This document shows positions 55,701 through 64,000 of a stretch of 64,000 bases of DNA, piece by piece; the first letter of the stretch is position 1, and each line of letters opens with the position of its first letter. Below the pieces are notes generated by a model, which saw only the letters and a program-made list of their open reading frames with translations, did no database searches and was not told the DNA's origin. The position numbers and the translations under genes were made by a program. This DNA comes from Haliotis cracherodii (Eukaryota), in assembly GCF_022045235.1 (NCBI RefSeq), contig NW_027266308.1:2108001-2172000 (forward strand), given 5' to 3'.

Positions 55701-56759
55701 TGACGAAGTCATCGATTTCATGTCATCACTTTGGCTGATAAACCAACAGTGAATTTGTGACAAACGAACAAATACTCTCCCAAACTGGCAAACCAATTAT
55801 AACAGTTTATACATATTATTACTAAAGTAGAAACATATGTGTTTTGCAGCGTTTATACATGTGCACGTCATAGCTATAACTGTCTGTATATTGCATTGCC
55901 TACAAAAATTCACACCTTAATTATGTACAAGATAAAATAATCCTGACATGTCTTTATTAAATGGCAGTCAAACATGTATTTATGCAAGGGAGTATAAATG
56001 TGCTGTAATATTCAAACCAAAACAAAACATTCTAATGGATCTAGAACATATATTTGGCAACATTTTGACACATACCATCAGGTAACATTGTAACAATATG
56101 GTTCTCGGTCAAATTGTTCACACAATGTGTATGTTGACAAATCCTGTAGCGAACATACATCTGACATGTTTGCAAATGCTTTACTTGCCACGTGTACTTG
56201 TAAACAACAACAAAAATTAAAGTTGATCAATCAATCATTAAGAAATCAGAAACTTAATAATGTTCAGAAATACAATCACATTTATCCTCTGTCAAATGTC
56301 AAAATTAATTATCACAATATCTCAAATCAACTATTCTAAATTCAAGGGTGGATGTCATATTGGTTTGGAAGAGCACAGTGTTATCGGGGCTTTCCTTCTC
56401 CAGCTCGCCGCAAGAGAAGTGATGTTTATTTGCTTTGTTACCATGTGCTGGCTTCATTTTGGCGCGAAAAGCTAGAAAACGCGGGAAACTGCTTTCCTAT
56501 CATGTGGCAGCCACGCAGCGATCCCGAAAGACGTCAACAAGTATGGCGGTGTGTTGTCGAACTTTAATAGACGTGTCTTGTTAGTTTTCTCGTATATTGT
56601 ATGAATATTTTATACTTTATTCAATATCGTGGCTTCTTTTGAAGCCCAGAAGCTGAGATTCTAACAGTCTAAAATCTGAGTGAATTGACAAGCCGATCGC
56701 GGGAGAGGGCGAGTGATAGGCACTATTGAAATTTGTCTTACTCCCCCACGAAGCATGCG

Positions 56760-57105
56760 GTGTGTGACGTCACAGACCTTTAAACCTCAAAACATAATAA
56801 CAACAATCGGTGAAAAAAAACAGTGAAATGGGCCACTCCTTCAAGATGCTATTTCATCTCCTACACCAATCGTACGATCCGACAGTAGAAGAACGTGTGT
56901 AGCGCTGTCGGAAAACTGCTAAGCATTCCGCCACTAGCAAGTGCTTATCGCAACAAGTGCGTCGGCATTCACCGGCGATTGTGTAACGCTAAGCCAATCA
57001 GATTCGAGGAGGCGTGTCTAGCCCCATTACACCGGAAAGTGACAGGCAGGTGGCTCCGCCCCCTAAGAGTTTATAATGGACCACGAGGATAGCCAAGTCA
57101 GTCGT
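56760..57105 (+). promoter_or_regulatory. Core and proximal promoter of the ZFP36 gene
   Basis: CRE TGACGTCA at 56765-56772, CCAAT box AGCCAATCAG at ~56992, GC box GGCTCCGCCC at ~57052-57061, TATAAT at 57072, Inr-like TCAGTC at 57098-57103 about 28 bp after the TATA. The ATG is at 57171. Confidence 0.7.
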
Positions 57106-57170
57106 GGTTCGGATACTAGAGCAAGGTAGTCGAGCTGTAGAGGGATAAGACATATATACACACTCTTACA

Positions 57171-58570
57171 ATGTCTACTACACTTATGTCATCGTTCTAC
57201 GATGTCGGCGACTTGTTTCAGGTATGTGTGATTCCACAAAGATCTAATTCTAAGACTAAGTCGATGATTTGAACCCGTGTTTCCCTCGCTGTGAATCGTC
57301 TTCCGTGTTACCGGTGTTGATTGTTTTTGTTGCCGTTGTGACTATTTTCACTTATGTTGTTGTTTACTTATTTCAGAATCGCCGAAACAACCAGATGAAG
57401 TCACAGGTAGCCCCAGTTACGACAGACCGCCGGATAGTTGGGTCAGCGTCACTCGTCGGCGTGAGGAACCGCAATTTCTCTACAGGATCGAGCAGTGCCT
57501 TCGTACCGGTGACAGGTCGCGGATCTTCCCAAAGCAGTTTGATACCCGGATCAAATATGCTGATTTCTCAGAATGACACTTTGGGTTGCGGGATTACCTC
57601 TATGACAACCCCACGCGAACACAAAAAGTTGGATCGCAGTCTTAGTGAGCCAGTAGGCACCAGGACCCAGGGAAGTGGCAATATCAACTCAAGCCGTTAC
57701 AAGACAGAAATGTGTCGCCCGTTCGAAGAGAGTGGACATTGTAAGTACGGAGACAAGTGCCAGTTCGCGCACGGCATCCACGAACTTCGCAATTTGGCAA
57801 GGCATCCTAAGTACAAAACTGAACTTTGTCGTACTTTCCACACAATCGGCTTCTGCCCCTACGGTCCAAGGTGTCATTTCATTCACAACGAGGACGAACG
57901 CAAATTGAATCAGCTTGTCAACAAAAACCAACAAGCCAACTCGGGGGTGCCACCCGGAGCACAGCAGCCTACTCCCATCGAGCGACCAAAATCCATCAAA
58001 TTCACCACTCTGGGATCTTCATTCGATTCGCCACCGTCCAGTTCTACAGGTAGCCCTACCAATCTCAGCCCAACGTTATCAGGGGACATTTTCTCGTACA
58101 GTGCCTTTCACTCTGGATCTTCATCGTCAACGAGTAGCCGTTCCTCTGACAGCTGTCGTTCAAGCCCTGTGTTCAACTATTCCCCAGTGTCCGACATTGA
58201 CTCGACAACCCCTCTGAACGTTCAGTCACAACTGAACATCAATGTGAACGTAAACAATTCCACTGTGGATTTTACAACCATGCAATTCAACTCGGTGCTC
58301 AATCTGAACCAGAGGAACGACAACCAGCAGAATGTATTCGAGGACAATCTTCTTGATCTGTGCACAAGCTTATGCTCGAGGGACACCGTATGTGCCAACG
58401 ACGTATTCGCAACAGCCCCTCCCTCCTCTCCCGAATCCATTTCAGGGGACAGCGTTGGGAGCATTGCCTCACAGGGATCAAGTAATTACGGAACATGCGG
58501 ATCTCCATTGGACGTTGGTAAAAGCTTGCGTCTTCCATTCTTTAACCAGCTAAGCATAGATGGCAAGTAA
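57171..58570 (+). CDS. ZFP36L1: ZFP36/TIS11 (tristetraprolin-family, ZFP36L1/L2-like) mRNA decay activator; spliced CDS join(57171..57221,57377..58570), 414 aa
   Basis: Two CX8CX5CX3H fingers with RYKTEM/KYKTEL lead-ins and an 18-aa linker (57695-57886). C-terminal RLPFFNQLS resembles the CNOT1-binding motif. DRRIVG and DRSLSEP motifs resemble ZFP36L1/L2. Exon 1 encodes [17 protein letters not shown], close to the ZFP36L2 N-terminus, and joins exon 2 in phase 0. The symbol marks the family; one-to-one orthology is not established. Confidence 0.95.
57222..57376 (+). other. 155-bp phase-0 GT-AG intron of the ZFP36 gene
   Basis: Donor CAG|GTATGT, T-rich tract, acceptor TTTCAG|AAT. Splicing keeps the frame. 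A single intron after a short first coding exon is typical of ZFP36 genes. Confidence 0.9.
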
Positions 58571-59320
58571 ATGTGTGCGAGACTGTTCCCGAGGAGTTGT
58601 GTCACCGCTGCCTTACTCAAGGTTTGAAAAACCTTGTAAAACTTGTTGACATTTCGTTTTTTAAGAGATACATTAGTTGACTTTGAGTGTTAAGACTTGA
58701 TCGGTAGGATCTACCGATACACCAGTGTCACAACGTATTTTCGTATACTATTCTATTTTATGCTACCTAACAAAAACAAAGTTTATTTATGTAAATCTGT
58801 AAAGTAAAATATTTTTCATTCCGCATATATTTATTATTTGGACACCCTTGTCGCTTTCACACTACAACGTGGCCTTGCAAGTGGACCATTTTTTCACATA
58901 ATCCATCTTTATAGTATTTGTCAATCACCGTGCCTTATGTCATAAATATCAGTCTACAAGATCTTCCGATTTGCATTTAAAATATTAGGAAGATTCATTG
59001 CTCTTGTGAAATGGGATTTCATTAACTTATATATTATTTATTATTTCTTGGTCTGTTTATCTTATAGCTTCCTACTATTTCTTCAGGGGGAAAACCAACT
59101 ACTTAAGTAAGATAGATTTATATTAATATTGTTTATATTATATTTGTGTTAAATTATGTGGTCACCAAAGAGACAATTCTTTTTGTCATATCTCATTTTT
59201 TATGACTAATTCATTTCTTTCATTTGTACAATTATCATTGTTTGTATTTAATACAAAACTTGAGTATGTTTCAAATTGAAAAATGAAAAAAATATTAAAA
59301 TCAATCGCTTATTGCGTTTA
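58571..59320 (+). promoter_or_regulatory. ZFP36 3' UTR with AU-rich elements, miRNA sites and a probable poly(A) signal
   Basis: TATTTAT at 58784, 58828 and 59035 (full TTATTTATT at 59034-59042). miR-124 matches at 58609-58615 and 58930-58937. miR-9 8mer ACCAAAGA at 59164-59171. ATTAAA at 59294-59299. The 3' end is inferred. Confidence 0.65.
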
Positions 59321-62300
59321 TACAAAATCCATCTTTTCTGTTTTTCTTCAATGCTACCCTCAGTGCATGCCCCATGTCAAACCACACCAAACCAAAACCG
59401 GTTAGATCATTAGTTGGACACTGTGAGTAGTCAGTCGGACCCTTTAACGGGGGACAAGCGAGCTCACATGGGTTGGCTGTCCAAAATTAGGACACGACTT
59501 TTTCAAACTTTGGAAGTCAGTTACTCAATTCTAATACATCAAAATTTCAGGTGATGTCGATATACATTAATATGATAGAATAGTCATGCATATCGACGTC
59601 ATTACCCTTTAGATATTTGGTTTGGTATGACTTGTGTGGGTCTTCGGCCGTTGACAATTTGAATATTGAGGTTGACCCAGTGCTGGTTGGTCGGCCGGCG
59701 CTGGGTATATCTGGAAGAGCCCAGAAAGTGAAAACATGAATACTATCCATGTCGGTTCGCTTGTTTGTGTGAACTATACGACCTTGACTTTGTCTTGGTC
59801 ATAGTTAAAGGTGCACTATATTTAAAAGAAATCTATGTTATTCTCTGTCAATCTTTGATGACGGTCGACTCGCTCGAGGTGCAGGTCGATAGCATCTCCT
59901 CGCCTTCGTCTGCCACCTGTTGATTGACACAGGTGAGCGGACAGGTAAAACATACCTGTTGATGGGCCCAGGTGATCGATATTGACAACAGGTAGCTACA
60001 GGTGTATGGCGCTATCACTCATTCCCGATCCAAGAAGGAGACGTTTACGATCGTTGCTGTTTTGGCAAGGTTTTATATTACATGTAGACTTTGCCAAACG
60101 AATATCTTGTTCATTGATTCAGTGCTTTGTATTTTAGTGAAAAGTTTGTTTACTAAATTAGTATAGACGTACGTCTACAAGGTTATCTTGTGAATTCGAA
60201 ACCTGTCAAATTCAAATTTGAAAGTAGGTCATTAATCTCGCCCATTCCTTTTGAGCAGTAGATCTAGCTTATCCATAATCTGTTTATTCCGTTGATAATT
60301 TTTTAAAATTGATTGACCGTGAAAGACGAAGAAGGAAAGAAACCTTTGAGAAACAGAACACGTGCTCGCGGTTCTAACGAAGAGATCAGGTGTCACGTGG
60401 TTTTTGTCAAGGTCACGCTAACCGCGGGCCAGGTAGATAAGGGTGGCTTGGATAGTTACACTGAAGATAGCTCTGTAGTGTATTGTAGAAATCAGAATTT
60501 CACTTGCCCTTTACTTTTATGGGGAATGATGAGTATAATTAAAAACATGACGGATTAATTCGCCTGAATATTCTCCAACTTTTATCAAAGATCAACACCG
60601 CACAAAGCCATTATTGTTTTTAAGTTTTAGAAACCCGTGCATCACTCGAGCTAATGACGTCAGGCTTGTCACATTCACCTACTCAACTATTTCTGCCCCG
60701 AGGGCTAGCGTATTAATATAAATAGATTTATGGTACAATATCTGCTAGCAGCGTTCATCTTCTCAGTTTGTCAGAATGAGCAACTAGCTGGCTTAATGTG
60801 TCAGCGAGATACACAGAAACTTATGCACTGTAGAATCTCACCCTTGTAATTAACAACTATGATGCAACAGTGGAACGGACAAAGTCACGGTGAAATTGAC
60901 AACCCAAATCAATTGAGACAATTCCTTGAGTGACTGAAATTGATCACGATGCCTTTACTGCATATTTAGTATATTTTCAAATAACGAAATCGTTTACATT
61001 TGTAAGAATCGTTATTATTTATCATTATGAAAACAAAAGTTATTTTAATGGTATTGTGTACCCCAAAAGCACCTTGTCCACCTCGTATTCAGTTATTCAA
61101 ACCTGACGAGGCATGCTTAAAAAATTAACTCGACACAAAAAAGCAGTAAAATGTGAGATGTGTTAGGGCATTAAACATAAAGACGAATAACCCCCACAAT
61201 ATGTTCAAATCGAATTGCATGTAAAGCTGAATTCAATTGCCAGCTTGTAATTGTACCTTTTAAAAATATCACCCTCTCCCAGACTTATGAATTTAACAAT
61301 TGTTCTTTTAAGTGCATTGACATTTAGATATCGCCGACCCGAGGCTTTGGTCGGTCCAATTTGTCAAGCTAAAAGCTTCGAGAGACGGCCTTAGTTAGCT
61401 GGTCCTTGAAACCTGGGACCAATAAAGCCGCCCCGAACAGGAAATTTCACCAGTTCTGCATTTGTACACTTGAGGCGAATAGCCATTGTGTTAGAAAGCG
61501 ACATTGGCACAACGCCAAGTAGTGTCACCATATACACCAGGGGGGGATAACTCCATCGGCCCCGAAACACAGACGGGTAAAACGTCATTTAAGAAGATGA
61601 TATATAAATCAGGAAATGTATGTACGTTCCTAAAAAATAAAGTTTAAAGTATAATATTTTTATTGTTTTTAAAAATCCACAATTTTCTCCCAGGATAATA
61701 TGCTACACGACATACAACAGTGTTTGATGTGACTTTATAAAGTGAACCGACTTCAATATTCATGTGTGGAGACGACAGTTTCACATTTTGAAAAGAGATC
61801 TTCAGATTCAGCGTTTTAAGATTCAATTATTCACAGTAATTATGTTTTTCCACAAAACTATTGAACAAAATACGGGAAATAATACTGTGAATTATTTCCT
61901 AATTAAATGTATCAGTTGAAACTAGATAGTTATGACAACACAACAGGGCAGGGAAACAAACAATATGCCGCGTTTTGAGATATTAGCAAATATTACACCA
62001 TGCCTGTTGTTATTTAGGGTGTTAGCCATTAACCTATGTCTGTCTTGTCTGGCGGGCGATAACAGATTTACATAGTACTCGGGACAGAATTACCGATAAG
62101 ATAAATGTCCGACGTCTCAGATGACAGATGGGACGACCTTTTTTCCGAGTACTGACTACATTATACAATGTACTCGCATATTCATCCGTGAATATTTGAT
62201 TCACTTAATAAGACAACACGTCAGCACCATATACCGTGTTCTCGGGTTTCAGCATTTAAAATGGTAAATGTCACTTGGGGCTTTACTCATACACGTGGCC

Positions 62301-62353
62301 TTGCTGAAATACTGCCCAAAGTGGCGTTACACCGAACTCATTCACTAAGATGA

Positions 62354-62499
62354 GTGGGTATTGTTTTACGTCGCTTTTAACAATATTTCAGCAATATCAC
62401 GGCGGGGGGCACCAGAAATGGGCTTCACACATTGTACCCATATGGAGGATCGAACCAGGACGAGCGAACCCTTTAACCACTAGGCTACCCCACCGTCCC
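62354..62499 (-). mobile_element. Family B tRNA-derived SINE
   Basis: Homologous to 23345-23505. TSD TTCA(C/T)TAAGATGA. Confidence 0.8.
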
Positions 62500-62567
62500 T
62501 TCATTAAGATGAACTTTACATATGAAAGTATTGTGTTATAACTTTACTTATTTGATAGGGGTGCTCC

Positions 62568-62763
62568 TAGACTTGCACACGTCTCTTAGGCAATAATCAT
62601 TAGTTTAAATAATAAATTTTCTATTATGTAAATAATAAACAAGTTGTTCCTATAAGAGACTGGAGTCCTTGTACTGTCCACATAGCTAGACTTGCCTATT
62701 TGGAGGATAGAATTACTACACATCCATGGACTTTTCTTTAAGTACAGCCTTGAGGCAAGGCTA
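62568..62763 (+). mobile_element. Family C MITE
   Basis: Same termini. TSD GGGTGCTCC / GGGTACTCC. Confidence 0.85.
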
Positions 62764-63034
62764 GGGTACTCCGTGCCAGTGGGCACAACCACTATACCTA
62801 GACCAGCTCAGTTTATAGGCACCGCCCGTGTGTACTGCTGTATGTTGAATTATATAGAATATAATACACGAGGCGTTTGTGTTATGTTGAGTATCGATAT
62901 ACGATCACCAGGGATATATCCCACAGCGAGGGAATCGACGAATGAGGTGACTTCTTATGTCGGGAATCGAACCCGGATCTTCTGTTACCACCTTGCCCTT
63001 CTGCCCGATTTGAGTAATGAAGAGTTGTGTATTA

Positions 63035-63820
63035 GTTTCTGATTTGAGTAATGAGTGAATAGTGAACTAGTTTCTAAGTTGATCAATGAGTGAATAGTGA
63101 ACTAGTTTCTAAGTTGATCAATGAGTGAATAGTGAACTAGTTTCTAAGTTGATCAATGAATGAATAGTGAACTAGTTTCTGATTTGAGCAATGAGTGAAT
63201 AGTGAACTAGTTTCTAAGTTGATCAATGAGTGAATAGTGAACTAGTTTCTAAGTTGATCAATGAGTGAATAGTGAACTAGCTTCTAAGTTGATCAATGAG
63301 TAAATAGTGAACTAGTTTCTGATTTGATCAATGAGTGAATAGTGAACTAGTTTTTAAGTTGATCAATGAGTGAATAGTGAACTAGCTTCTAAGTTGATCA
63401 ATGAGTAAATAGTGAACTAGTTTCTGATTTGATCAATGAGTGAATAGTGAACTAGTTTCTAAGTTGATCAATGAGTGAATAGTGAACTAGTTTCTAAGTT
63501 GATCAATGAATGAATAGTGAACTAGTTTCTGATTTGAGCAATGAGTGAATGGTGAACTAGTTTCTAAGTTGATCAATGAGTGAATAGTGAACTAGTTTCT
63601 AAGTTGATCAATGAATGAATAGTGAAATAGTTTCTGATTTGAGCAATGAGTGAATAATGAACTAGTTTCTGATTTGAGTAATGGGTGAATTGTGAACTAG
63701 TTTCTGATTTGAGCAATGAGTGAATAGTGAACTAGTTTCTAAGTTGATCAATGAGTGAATAGTTTACTAGTTTCTGATTTGAGTAATGAATGAATAGTAA
63801 ACTAGTCTGATTTGAGTAGT
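63035..63820. repeat. 35-bp minisatellite, ~22 copies (ATGAGTGAATAGTGAACTAGTTTCTAAGTTGATCA)
   Basis: Direct tandem periodicity. Confidence 0.95.
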
Positions 63821-63827
63821 GAGTGGT

Positions 63828-64000
63828 GCATGAGGTTTTGATTTTAGTAACATCTGCTCGGATTGGCAAAGTCAAAACAAAGTAATTTGGCCAAGACTTT
63901 TAACTTGAGCTTCAGGTATATCGATGATCTGACATCGTTCAAAAACACCAAAATAGCCAATTGCATTGCACCGATTTCCCACATGAACTAGAATAAAGGA
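63828..64000 (+). pseudogene. Penelope-like retroelement reverse transcriptase fragment
   Basis: From 63887 the sequence translates LAKTFNLSFRYIDDLTSFKN, then a frameshifted PHELEIK-like stretch. This is the YIDD region typical of PLE RTs. It has a stop and frameshifts and runs off the window. Confidence 0.7.

Noticed and set aside
56964-56974. 11-nt match to the 3' half of miR-124 (GGCATTCACCG) in the promoter
   Set aside because: There is no seed match or hairpin and it is upstream of the inferred TSS, so it is probably chance.
57269-57376. Hydrophobic, transmembrane-like N-terminus of the 433-aa ORF in the track
   Set aside because: It starts at TTG inside the intron and translates the T-rich tract. 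The true start is the ATG at 57171. Intron retention gives a stop at 57270.

Overview
This is AT-rich animal genomic DNA from a draft assembly with three N-gaps. The SINE and MITE content points to a mollusc, possibly abalone-like; that is an inference. There is one well-supported protein-coding gene: a two-exon ZFP36/TIS11 (tristetraprolin-family) mRNA-decay activator on the + strand, CDS join(57171..57221,57377..58570), 414 aa. It has a CCAAT/GC/TATA/Inr promoter. Its 3' UTR carries AU-rich elements, two miR-124 sites with 3' supplementary pairing and an 8mer miR-9 site. The preceding ~57 kb has no convincing gene. It holds about 17 copies of a ~250-bp retroposon ('family A'), tRNA-derived SINEs, several MITE families, LINE and LTR relics, about ten minisatellite arrays and CRE-rich enhancer-like clusters; a Penelope-like RT relic lies at the window end. 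The main leads are: (1) family A has a fixed 5' end, no tRNA head and a covariation-supported fold, so it is a candidate ribozyme or structured 5' module, and one copy has that module tandemly amplified 8 times; (2) an apparent neural miR-124/miR-9 plus Scratch/ZEB-site repression module on an invertebrate ZFP36 gene. All calls were made by eye; no searches or folding programs were run.
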